The notes under the pieces: model-generated
What the model saw: only the letters and a program-made list of their open reading frames with translations
Databases searched by the model: none
Told to the model about the DNA's origin: nothing
Assembly (NCBI RefSeq): GCF_033720595.1
Contig: NZ_JAWWCF010000001.1
Span: 1 to 56,345, forward strand
DNA from: Lishizhenia sp.
Lineage (GTDB): Bacteria > Bacteroidota > Bacteroidia > Flavobacteriales_D > Crocinitomicaceae
Length of the DNA: 56,345 bases
Reading direction: 5' to 3'
Translations under genes and position numbers: made by a program
Shown here: positions 29,652-38,032 of the stretch, in pieces
Layout: each line of letters begins with the position of its first letter
Position numbering within the stretch: the stretch's first letter is position 1

Positions 29652-29948
29652 ATGCAACGATTAACTCCAGCAGAGGAGAAGGTTATGCTTAAATTATGGC
29701 GCCTAGAGGTGGCCGTAGTTAAGGATATCTTGGAGCTTTATGAAAAGCCACGGCCTTCGTACAACACAGTTTCTACCATTGTGCGTATCCTCGAAAAGAA
29801 AAAATTTATTGAACACAAAAAGAAAGGAAGAGGATATATCTATATGCCTCGTGTTACACAATCTGATTATAGTGAGTACTTGATTTCTTTCTTAAAAGCA
29901 AATTACTTTGATAACGATGTAGAAAAGTTTAAAGCAGCCATCGTTTAA
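29652..29948 (+). CDS. BlaI/MecI/CopY family transcriptional regulator
   Basis: LT.AEE.VM..LW, P.P.YNTVSTIVRILE.K.F winged helix. Confidence 0.9.
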   Translation: MQRLTPAEEKVMLKLWRLEVAVVKDILELYEKPRPSYNTVSTIVRILEKKKFIEHKKKGRGYIYMPRVTQSDYSEYLISFLKANYFDNDVEKFKAAIV

Positions 29949-29955
29949 AGCAATG

Positions 29956-30777
29956 TTACACACATTTACAGAAACTGATGGCCAGTATTATAATACCGCC
30001 ATCAATTAAACCTGAGTAAAAAAGCTCAGGTTTATTTTTTGTAGTAAGTTGTATTAAAATAGCCTGATAAATGAGGGCTATCATTAACACTACTTGCTGC
30101 AAGATTCCATCACTCAAAAAGGTAAATATACACCCTGAAGCCAACAAAGTAATCAAGGCTATTTTCTTAGCAATATTTACCCCAAAGACTTGAGGAACAG
30201 TTTTACTTGTGGGGTCGTCATAATTTAAATCCCTAATATCAAATGGAACGGTAATAGCTAAAATATAGAGGTAAAAGGCTGCACCAAAAAGGAAACTTTT
30301 CCAGGTTAATAATTCTTCATTCAATGCTGGGAAAATACAAGTAGAACTCACCCAAACTAAGGCGATGAGGTGTATTTTAACATGTGGTATTTCTCTCAAG
30401 TTTTTCAAATTACCCAATTTTAGTGCATAGAAAATCGAAATCAATGCCAGGGGGATAAGAAAGAGAAAAGAGTGAAAATTATATAGGTGAAAAAAGTAGG
30501 TCCAAAAGCAAATGAGACAACTTAGAATACTTAGAAAGTAGAGTAGTCGCGTGTTTTGTTTTAACCATAGTAAACGACCACTGTCCCAATCTTTGTTGTC
30601 TTGGCTCCTTTTGATTATACGTTGAACGTTATAAGTAAGTAGTGTGGCAGAAAAAACAAAAAGAGCGTAATAACCAGCCCTTTTAATTTCTTGTTGTAGA
30701 CAGAAGGCATAACTCATACTTGCCGCCGAAAGGCTTACCAGAATATTGGAATATACTATGAAGCGTATGCTTTTCAA
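29956..30777 (-). CDS. UbiA-like prenyltransferase-family membrane protein
   Basis: Multiple TM segments, LREIP..K, PFDIRD..YD...TVPQ..G motif; TTG start overlapping the upstream stop. Confidence 0.8.
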   Translation of the reverse strand: MKSIRFIVYSNILVSLSAASMSYAFCLQQEIKRAGYYALFVFSATLLTYNVQRIIKRSQDNKDWDSGRLLWLKQNTRLLYFLSILSCLICFWTYFFHLYNFHSFLFLIPLALISIFYALKLGNLKNLREIPHVKIHLIALVWVSSTCIFPALNEELLTWKSFLFGAAFYLYILAITVPFDIRDLNYDDPTSKTVPQVFGVNIAKKIALITLLASGCIFTFLSDGILQQVVLMIALIYQAILIQLTTKNKPELFYSGLIDGGIIILAISFCKCV

Positions 30778-31229
30778 AATTCTATTTCTTTGCTTTGGCC
30801 AAAGCTATCTAAAGTATCTAGTTCAACATCATAATTTGGCTTGAATTTTACTTGAATAAGTCCATGGAAAAAGATAGTGTCTAAGGTATAATAACCCAGA
30901 ATGAATAAAAAGACACTTTTTAATTCACCTGAGGTCGAAAGGAAAATGAAAAAGACAAGGAGTGTTAACAATGCTCCGGCAGTATGTAGAATGAAGGTGT
31001 ACATGTGTAAGCCTAGCTTTGTGTTCTCTTTCTTTAATTTCTGATGTATGAGAATCAGAAATAGTATTATGAATGGCGAGGAAGTGATTAGGGCTATTAA
31101 GGCGACAAACAAACCCGCACCTATCCCGTCTAACCTTCCAGTAACAGGAATTGCAATAAATATAGAGCTTACCAAACAAGCAAGGTAAGCCATTAGAAAG
31201 TGACGGGTCTTCAGGTTTTGCTTTTTCAT
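30774..31229 (-). CDS. Hypothetical 4-TM membrane protein
   Basis: Four hydrophobic segments; translationally coupled to the downstream gene. Confidence 0.7.
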   Translation of the reverse strand: MKKQNLKTRHFLMAYLACLVSSIFIAIPVTGRLDGIGAGLFVALIALITSSPFIILFLILIHQKLKKENTKLGLHMYTFILHTAGALLTLLVFFIFLSTSGELKSVFLFILGYYTLDTIFFHGLIQVKFKPNYDVELDTLDSFGQSKEIEF

Positions 31230-31265
31230 ACTAGCAAGATAATCAATCAGAAAGTACGGAAAAAG

Positions 31266-31292
31266 AAAAAGGACCAGTTACCTGATCCTTTT
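31266..31292 (-). terminator. Intrinsic terminator after the bacilliredoxin gene
   Basis: Minus strand AAAAGGATCAG-GTAA-CTGGTCCTTTTT. Confidence 0.7.
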
Positions 31293-31311
31293 CGTATGCT
31301 TTTGTGAGGAA

Positions 31312-31725
31312 TTAACAAAATTGTTTGTACGCCTCTTTTAAATTTTCAGCAATCATTTCAGCAGTTCCACCTTCGATGTGGTGTCTTTCTAAAAAGTGTA
31401 CCAACTTACCATCTTTAAACAATGCGATAGATGGAGATGATGGAGGGTAAGGCAAGAAATATTTTCTTGCTTGGTTAGTAGCTTCACCGTCTACTCCCGC
31501 AAAAACTGTTGTTAATGCGTCTGGTTTTTTATCACCTTCAATAGATAATTTCACACCTGGTCTCATGTTACCAGCTGCACATCCACATACAGAGTTTACA
31601 ACTACTAATAAACTTCCTTCGCTTCCGTTTATTTTATTGTCTACCTCTTCTGCTGTAGTTAATTGTTCAAATCCAACTGAAGTTAAATCTTCTTTCATTG
31701 GAGCAACTAATTCTGGAGGATACAT
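31312..31725 (-). CDS. BrxA/BrxB family bacilliredoxin
   Basis: MYP.ELV.PM, VNSVCGCAAG..RP, TVFAGVD, PPSSP.IALFKDG, ERHHIEG; -7 element at 31748-31755 supports ATG 31725. Confidence 0.93.
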   Translation of the reverse strand: MYPPELVAPMKEDLTSVGFEQLTTAEEVDNKINGSEGSLLVVVNSVCGCAAGNMRPGVKLSIEGDKKPDALTTVFAGVDGEATNQARKYFLPYPPSSPSIALFKDGKLVHFLERHHIEGGTAEMIAENLKEAYKQFC

Positions 31726-31814
31726 ATTTTTCGTTTTTAATTTTTTACAAAGATAGTAAGCATCTTTAGATATGGGCAAGAAATAACTGTCGAGTGAAAT
31801 ACAAGACCTCTGTT

Positions 31815-32873
31815 CTAGAGTTCGCCGGCTTCTTGTTTTCTAAATCTTTTGTGAAAACGTTGAATATTAACCTCGTCTATTAAATCTGCTCCTTCAAAAA
31901 TATGTTGTAATAGGTGTTCGCTTAAATAAGGAGCTAACATATATCCTTTTGTGCCCAAACCGTTAAAAATGAATAAGTCTTTGTGCTTTGGGTGCTCTCC
32001 CAAGAAAGGTCTTCGGTCGGGAGAAGTCGGCCTTATTCCAGTAATGTGTTCATTAATGGTGAATTCTGCTGTAGAATTGATGGCGTATTTCTCTAAAAGC
32101 TCTTGTTTCTTGCTTTCTGTTGGTGTTAAATCTGTAGTGTTCCAATCGAAGGTTGCCCCCAATTTAAAATGTTTGTCGCCTACGGGTAAAACAAAACATT
32201 TACGGTTTAATATTTCATCCTCTCTTAATTCGTTAGAGCTGATGTCTAATAATTCTCCTTTGGTTTGACCCAAGGGCAAATAATTGAACCACGGGTTTTC
32301 CTTTCCTTTATAACCTTCTGCGAAAAGAATCTTGTCATAAGACTCTCCTTGGTAAGTTTTGGTTTCAATGTTTAAATCTTCGTAAGAAATTGATGCATAC
32401 TTGAGGAGACCTTTTTCTTCAAAATATTGACGGTTGGCACGTAAAAAAGTAGCACTGTGAATGTAGCCACCTTTAAGCACGTATCCTTGTCCAAAAGTGT
32501 CTTTCGCATAACTAGGATGAGGTCGAACATCCAATTGAACGTAATGTTTGTAATTATCATCCTCGCTTCTTTCTTTCCATAAATTGGCTTCGTCCTCAGA
32601 AGAGAATAATCGGCGAATAGGAATATGATGGAAAAACTTTTCTTGTGTCTTTTCCTCTAAATCTCTGTAAAATGTATTGAGGTAAGGAATTAATGTGTCG
32701 GCTTGCCAGCTTTTTAACATGCGACGAAATACGAAAGGGTTAATCATACCCGCAGCAACGCGTGTACTGTGATTCTCTTGTTCCGTTAGAATTAAGAAAT
32801 CAACACCTTTTTGTTCTAATTGATGTCCTAAACTGAGTCCAGCAACACCACCACCAATAATCAATACTTTCAT
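31815..32873 (-). CDS. FAD-dependent oxidoreductase (DAO/glycine oxidase-like)
   Basis: IIGGGVAG, VAAGMINP, KGE, GIRPT..DRRP, NGLGTKG..LAP. Confidence 0.9.
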   Translation of the reverse strand: MKVLIIGGGVAGLSLGHQLEQKGVDFLILTEQENHSTRVAAGMINPFVFRRMLKSWQADTLIPYLNTFYRDLEEKTQEKFFHHIPIRRLFSSEDEANLWKERSEDDNYKHYVQLDVRPHPSYAKDTFGQGYVLKGGYIHSATFLRANRQYFEEKGLLKYASISYEDLNIETKTYQGESYDKILFAEGYKGKENPWFNYLPLGQTKGELLDISSNELREDEILNRKCFVLPVGDKHFKLGATFDWNTTDLTPTESKKQELLEKYAINSTAEFTINEHITGIRPTSPDRRPFLGEHPKHKDLFIFNGLGTKGYMLAPYLSEHLLQHIFEGADLIDEVNIQRFHKRFRKQEAGEL

Positions 32874-32935
32874 ACGAGATCAAAAGTAAACAATCTCCTA
32901 AAGTGGAGCTTAACTCTCATCAGTTTTTGAGTTGA

Positions 32936-33661
32936 TTATTGTGCATAGGCCAAGGTGTAAATACTGAGGGTAATCCCGGGAACATTTTCTTTAAGAAGGA
33001 GAGCGCAAGCTTCCAAGGTAGCACCGGTGGTAAGGACATCATCTACCAATAAGATATGTTTATGGACAATTGTTTCTTCGTTTTGTAACTGAAATACCTT
33101 TGCGACATTGTCTATTCTTTCGGCCCTCGATTTTTTAGTTTGAGAACTGTTGTGTTTTCTCTTGATGAGAACATTTTCGTAAATGGGAATCTCGAGTATT
33201 TCGCTTAACCCTTGTGCAAGCAATAAACTTTGGTTGTAGCCCCTTTTGAAATGCTTTTTATTGTGTAAGGAAACGGGAATGATTCCGTCAAATGCTTCGA
33301 AATGAGGTGAAGCTTTCCATTTATGTGCCATGAGTTGCCCCATGTAAATCGCCAAGCTTTTTCCATGATTGTATTTGATTTGATGTAAAATACTTTGGGT
33401 ACTCGAATGACTTTTAAAATAGAGCAGCGACAGCACAAGATTTAAATAAACTCTTCCGTAAAAAATTTCATTGATATAAGCGTTTTTTCCTTGCTGTTCG
33501 AAGTGGGTAAATCTTAGGTTGTTATGACATTCAATGCATAAGCAATTTTGTTGAGAAGGCAGGTCTTTTTCGCATACAAAACAACGGTTTGGAAACGGAA
33601 TTGACAGGATAGCTTGACCTATTTTCGTAACTTGATAATATAGCTTATTAAATTGAGACAA
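32936..33661 (-). CDS. ComF-family protein (double zinc ribbon + phosphoribosyltransferase domain)
   Basis: CxxC...CxxC, RGYNQS, LLVDDVLTTGATL; start codon uncertain. Confidence 0.9.
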   Translation of the reverse strand: MSQFNKLYYQVTKIGQAILSIPFPNRCFVCEKDLPSQQNCLCIECHNNLRFTHFEQQGKNAYINEIFYGRVYLNLVLSLLYFKSHSSTQSILHQIKYNHGKSLAIYMGQLMAHKWKASPHFEAFDGIIPVSLHNKKHFKRGYNQSLLLAQGLSEILEIPIYENVLIKRKHNSSQTKKSRAERIDNVAKVFQLQNEETIVHKHILLVDDVLTTGATLEACALLLKENVPGITLSIYTLAYAQ

Positions 33662-33833
33662 AAGGTGGTTTTTTAGTTTAAATCTTTAAACAAGGTGATG
33701 TTGGAAAATATACTTAAAAATTTCCTAAGATTTTGATTGATAAGTCATTAATTTTATAAAAAGTTCGTCAAGATTCGGTTTTACTGGGCTTCTAAAGACA
33801 GAAAAAATTTCCAAGGAAATCAGATTGATTTTA

Positions 33834-34013
33834 TGTGAATATCTTTTGAGTTGATGTTGATAATCCGGTTTCCTTCCACAAGTCAAGGGTTTACAATCTT
33901 CAATGTGGATAAAGTTGGAAAATTGTGAATTTCTTTAATTGATTGATGTCAAAAATTTAGCAACATTTGTACACGCCTCAAATGAATGACTGATTCGAGA
34001 AATTCTTTCCACA
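33834..34013. promoter_or_regulatory. Cluster of DnaA-box-like 9-mers upstream of nrdB
   Basis: Perfect TGTGGATAA at 33904-33912; near matches TGTGAATAT 33834, TGTTGATAA 33855, CCTTCCACA 33872, TGTGAATTT 33924, CTTTCCACA 34005. Confidence 0.6.
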
Positions 34014-34109
34014 ATTTAGAGGACAAAGTAAAGTTTTAAGACGAATAAAACAGGGCAAACAAGAGTTGTTTGCTTATAGATAAATATTGCACTAAAAAAG
34101 GTTAAACAA

Positions 34110-35084
34110 ATGGCACAAAATGAACCAATTTTAGAGGAAAACAAGGACAGATTCGTTCTATTCCCAATTAAACATGACGACATTTGGTCGTTCTACAAAA
34201 AAGCTGAAGCAAGTTTTTGGACTGCTGAGGAAATCGATTTATCTCCAGACTTAATCGACTGGGAAAACAAGTTGAATGACGACGAGCGTCACTTCATCAA
34301 ACACGTGTTAGCATTCTTTGCAGCATCAGATGGGATAGTTAACGAAAATTTAGCTGAAAACTTTGTTGCTGAAGTGCAATATACAGAGGCTAAGTTTTTC
34401 TATGGTTTCCAAATTGCCATGGAGAACATCCACTCAGAAACGTATTCATTATTAATAGATACATACATAAAAGATTCTAAAGAAAAGAATCAACTGTTCA
34501 ACGCAATCGAAACAATGGATTGTGTACGTAAGAAAGCAGACTGGGCTTTGCGTTGGATAGACGAAGGGAATTTTGCTGAGCGTTTAATCGCATTTGCAGC
34601 AGTAGAGGGTATATTCTTTTCAGGATCATTTTGTTCTATCTTTTGGTTGAAGAAAAGAGGCTTAATGCCAGGATTATCTTTCTCAAATGAGTTGATCTCA
34701 AGAGATGAAGGGTTACACTGTGATTTTGCTTGTTTATTATACAACAACCACTTGAATAACAAACTTTCAACTGACACGGTTAAGAGTATCATCTTAGACG
34801 CAGTTGAAATTGAAAAAGAATTTATTCTTGAATCTCTTCCTGTTCGATTAATCGGGATGAACTCTGAATTGATGTCGCAATATATTGAGTTCGTTGCTGA
34901 TAGATTACTTGCAGAATTAGGATGTGAAAAAGTATTTAATGTATCAAATCCGTTTGATTTCATGGATATGATTTCTATCCAAGGGAAAACTAACTTCTTC
35001 GAGAAGCGAGTAGGAGAGTACCAAAAAGCAGGAGTAATGTCAGGAAATGAGGGTCAATCATTCTCTATGGATGAAGACTTTTAA
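34110..35084 (+). CDS. nrdB: Ribonucleoside-diphosphate reductase class Ia, beta subunit (eukaryote-like type)
   Basis: [29 protein letters not shown] (radical Tyr), [25 protein letters not shown]. Confidence 0.97.
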   Translation: MAQNEPILEENKDRFVLFPIKHDDIWSFYKKAEASFWTAEEIDLSPDLIDWENKLNDDERHFIKHVLAFFAASDGIVNENLAENFVAEVQYTEAKFFYGFQIAMENIHSETYSLLIDTYIKDSKEKNQLFNAIETMDCVRKKADWALRWIDEGNFAERLIAFAAVEGIFFSGSFCSIFWLKKRGLMPGLSFSNELISRDEGLHCDFACLLYNNHLNNKLSTDTVKSIILDAVEIEKEFILESLPVRLIGMNSELMSQYIEFVADRLLAELGCEKVFNVSNPFDFMDMISIQGKTNFFEKRVGEYQKAGVMSGNEGQSFSMDEDF

Positions 35085-35120
35085 GAACCAATTATTGAGA
35101 AACACCAAAAACACGCGCCC

Positions 35121-37481
35121 ATGTACGTTATAAAGAGAGACGGAAGAAAAGAGCCGATTAAATTCGACAAAATTACTGCCCGTATTATTAAGCTTTGTTA
35201 TGGATTAGACCCATTAGTATCACCAGAAGGTGTAGCTATGAAGGTTATTGAAGGAATCTATGACGGGGTAACCACTACTGAATTAGATAACTTAGCGGCT
35301 GAAGTTGCAGCAGCTAAAACTATCGATCACCCAGATTATGCCTTATTAGCATCACGTATTTCTGTATCTAACTTGCACAAGAAGACGAAGAAAACCTTCT
35401 CTGAGGCAATGGAAGATTTGTACAGATACATTGATCCTAAGACAGGTGAAAACGCTGCTTTGTTAGCCGATGACGTTTACGACGTTATTATGGAAAACAA
35501 AGACAGATTAGACTCAAGTATCATTTACGATAGAGATTTCCGTTACGATTACTTCGGTTTCAAAACTTTGGAAAGATCTTACTTATTAAAGTTAAATGGT
35601 GAGATTGCTGAACGTCCTCAACACATGTTGATGCGTGTATCAGTAGGTATCCACAAACACGATATCGAAGCTGCAATCAAAACGTACAACTTGATGTCTG
35701 AAGGTTGGTTTACACATGCTACACCAACATTATTTAACGCCGGAACTCCAAAACCGCAAATGTCTTCTTGTTTCTTATTAACAATGAAAGAAGATAGCAT
35801 CAGCGGTATCTACGACACTTTACAATCATGCGCGCAAATCTCTCAAAGTGCTGGTGGAATTGGATTGGCTATTCACGATATTAGAGCAAAAGGTTCTTAT
35901 ATAAAAGGAACAAACGGTACTTCTAACGGTATTGTTCCAATGTTACGTGTGTTTAATGACACTGCACGTTATGTAGACCAAGGTGGAGGAAAACGTAAAG
36001 GTTCTTTCGCAATGTACTTGGAACCATGGCACGCAGATGTGTTTGACTTCTTAGACTTGAAGAAAAACCACGGTAAGGAAGAGCAAAGAGCAAGAGATTT
36101 ATTCTACGCACTTTGGATTCCAGACTTGTTCATGAAACGTGTAGAAGAAAACGGACAATGGACCTTAATGTGTCCTCACGAATGTCCAGGTCTTTCTGAA
36201 ACTTACGGTGATGAGTTCGAAGCACTTTACACAAAGTACGAATCAGAAGGAAAAGGAAGAAAAACAATCAAAGCACAAGATCTTTGGTTTAAGATTTTAG
36301 AATCGCAAATTGAAACAGGTACACCTTACATGTTGTACAAAGATGCTGCGAACAAGAAGTCTAACCAACAGAATTTAGGTACGATTAAGTCGTCTAACTT
36401 GTGTACTGAAATTATAGAATACACTGCACCGGATGAGGTTGCTGTATGTAACTTGGCTTCTTTGGCATTGCCGAAGTATGTTGAGGATGGGAAATTTAAC
36501 CACGATAAATTATTCGAGGTGACTTACCAAGCAGCAGTGAACTTAAATAGAATTATCGACGGAAATTACTACCCAGTACCAGAAGCTGAGAATTCTAACT
36601 TACGTCACAGACCAATTGGTTTAGGTGTTCAAGGTTTGGCAGATACGTACATTTTAATGCGTTACCCATTCGATTCTCCAGAAGCAAAACAATTGAACAA
36701 GGAGATTTTTGAAACGATTTACTACGCGGCAATGACTGCTTCTAAGGACTTGGCGAAAGTAGAAGGACCTTACCAAACAATCGAAGGTTCTCCAGTTTCA
36801 AAAGGAATTTTCCAATTCGATATGTGGGGTGTTACTCCATCAGACAGATGGGAATGGGATGTGTTGAAAGAAGAAGTAAAAGAGCACGGTGTACGTAACT
36901 CATTGTTGTTAGCACCAATGCCAACAGCTTCAACTGCACAAATCTTAGGAAACAACGAATGTTTTGAGCCATATACTTCTAACATTTACACAAGAAGAGT
37001 ATTATCAGGTGAGTTTATTATCGTAAACAAGCACTTGTTAAGAGACTTGGTAAAAGAAGGTATCTGGAACAACGAAATGCGTCAGAAATTGATGGCGTCT
37101 AATGGATCTGTTCAAAACATTTCTGAGATTCCACAAGAGTTGAAAGACCTTTACAAAACAGCTTGGGAATTGTCTCAAAAAGAGATCATCGAGCAAGCTG
37201 CAGATAGAGGAGCTTACATCTGTCAATCTCAATCGTTGAATGTATTTATGGAGAACGCTAACTTCGGTAAGTTAACTTCTATGCACTTCTTCGGATGGAA
37301 ACAAGGATTGAAAACAGGAATGTACTACTTGAGAACGAAAGCAGCTACGGATGCAATTAAGTTTACAGTAGACAAAACAATAACAGCTGACAAAGTAGTA
37401 GCTAAAACGGAAGAAGAAAGACAAGCAGAAATCGCATGTTCTTTAGATGATCCGGATAACTGCGAAATGTGTTCAGGATGA
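35121..37481 (+). CDS. nrdA: Ribonucleoside-diphosphate reductase class Ia, alpha subunit with ATP cone
   Basis: VIKRDG ATP cone, SSCFL, SNLCTEI, VCNLAS, PMPTAST, TGMYYLR, C-terminal CEMC. Confidence 0.97.
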   Translation: MYVIKRDGRKEPIKFDKITARIIKLCYGLDPLVSPEGVAMKVIEGIYDGVTTTELDNLAAEVAAAKTIDHPDYALLASRISVSNLHKKTKKTFSEAMEDLYRYIDPKTGENAALLADDVYDVIMENKDRLDSSIIYDRDFRYDYFGFKTLERSYLLKLNGEIAERPQHMLMRVSVGIHKHDIEAAIKTYNLMSEGWFTHATPTLFNAGTPKPQMSSCFLLTMKEDSISGIYDTLQSCAQISQSAGGIGLAIHDIRAKGSYIKGTNGTSNGIVPMLRVFNDTARYVDQGGGKRKGSFAMYLEPWHADVFDFLDLKKNHGKEEQRARDLFYALWIPDLFMKRVEENGQWTLMCPHECPGLSETYGDEFEALYTKYESEGKGRKTIKAQDLWFKILESQIETGTPYMLYKDAANKKSNQQNLGTIKSSNLCTEIIEYTAPDEVAVCNLASLALPKYVEDGKFNHDKLFEVTYQAAVNLNRIIDGNYYPVPEAENSNLRHRPIGLGVQGLADTYILMRYPFDSPEAKQLNKEIFETIYYAAMTASKDLAKVEGPYQTIEGSPVSKGIFQFDMWGVTPSDRWEWDVLKEEVKEHGVRNSLLLAPMPTASTAQILGNNECFEPYTSNIYTRRVLSGEFIIVNKHLLRDLVKEGIWNNEMRQKLMASNGSVQNISEIPQELKDLYKTAWELSQKEIIEQAADRGAYICQSQSLNVFMENANFGKLTSMHFFGWKQGLKTGMYYLRTKAATDAIKFTVDKTITADKVVAKTEEERQAEIACSLDDPDNCEMCSG

Positions 37482-37568
37482 TACGTTAGCATCCAGGACG
37501 CATTCGGCGAAGCCACTTGTGTTTAGGATGATACGTTAGCGTCGAGAACACTTGCGTTTAAGATGATA
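37468..37568 (+). repeat. Tandem degenerate hairpin repeats starting inside the nrdA 3' end
   Basis: TGTGTTCAGGATGATACGTTAGC (37468), TGTGTTTAGGATGATACGTTAGC (37518), TGCGTTTAAGATGATA (37553). Confidence 0.8.
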
Positions 37569-37576
37569 TCTGAGGA

Positions 37577-37691
37577 AAATGATAGGGTCGCTATCATGAG
37601 AATGAGCGGCATAACTCAAACTTGTGAGACCCAGTCATTTGAACAATACTGCGTATAGGTTAATAATTGTGCCGTTTTTATAAACCACGCA
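37577..37691 (+). ncRNA. Candidate structured RNA (3-way junction + hairpin + 7-bp pseudoknot), family not recognised
   Basis: Hand-folded pairings listed in the findings; G.U wobbles favour the plus strand; a terminator follows immediately. Confidence 0.5.
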
Positions 37692-37695
37692 ATGC

Positions 37696-37725
37696 AAACG
37701 CCCCATATTTTTGGGGCGTTTTTTT
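37696..37725 (+). terminator. Intrinsic terminator of the nrdBA transcript
   Basis: AAACGCCCCA-TATTTT-TGGGGCGTTTTTTT. Confidence 0.85.
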
Positions 37726-37774
37726 GTTCCATTAATTCATCTTCTATACTCCCTCCTCCTTCGCTAAACTTTTT

Positions 37775-37919
37775 TTGGCAAACTGCCGTGCCATCCATTT
37801 TAGTCCCTTCCTTTTCCCTAAGTCGCACAAAACCGCAAAACCACTTCCGCTGGTCGTGGCTTTTTACTTGTGCTTACTAAGGCAAACTTTCAGGGCGCTG
37901 CCATTGCTGTCACTGTTTG
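37775..37919 (-). repeat. Structured ~145-nt dispersed element, copy E
   Basis: Minus strand GTGACAGCAATGGCAG...GACCAGCGGAA...CTAAAATGGATGGCAC; closest to copy B. Confidence 0.85.
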
Positions 37920-38032
37920 ATATGGACCACATGAAATATTTTAAAAGAGAAACAACCTTAGGCTTTTAGAACGTATAAATTCGTTGAGAATAGTGCTTTT
38001 GTTTTAGTATTTTTGAGGAAAATCAGAACCAA

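Noticed and set aside
33662-34109. Replication origin (oriC)
   Set aside because: DnaA-like boxes are present, but there are no typical origin-flanking genes and skew cannot be assessed in this window; promoter regulation is the simpler reading.
34490-34963. Long antisense ORFs such as 34490-34963, 53920-54369 and 44271-44681
   Set aside because: Shadow frames of well-supported genes on the opposite strand, with no independent motifs.
37479-37526. Selenocysteine read-through of the nrdA TGA into a following hairpin
   Set aside because: The protein already ends with the normal CxxC tail, the TGA lies inside the stem rather than upstream of a SECIS-like hairpin, and no sel genes are visible.
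37468-37568. Possible mini-CRISPR array after nrdA
   Set aside because: Only 2.5 degenerate units, unequal spacers that are the hairpins' own 3' arms, and no cas genes.
37577-37691. Assignment of the structured region to SAM-I, ZTP or c-di-GMP-II riboswitches, or tRNA
   Set aside because: Only short words match (AUC..GAG, GGCA/UGCC); the conserved ligand-binding nucleotides and element order are missing, and there is no T-loop or anticodon arm.
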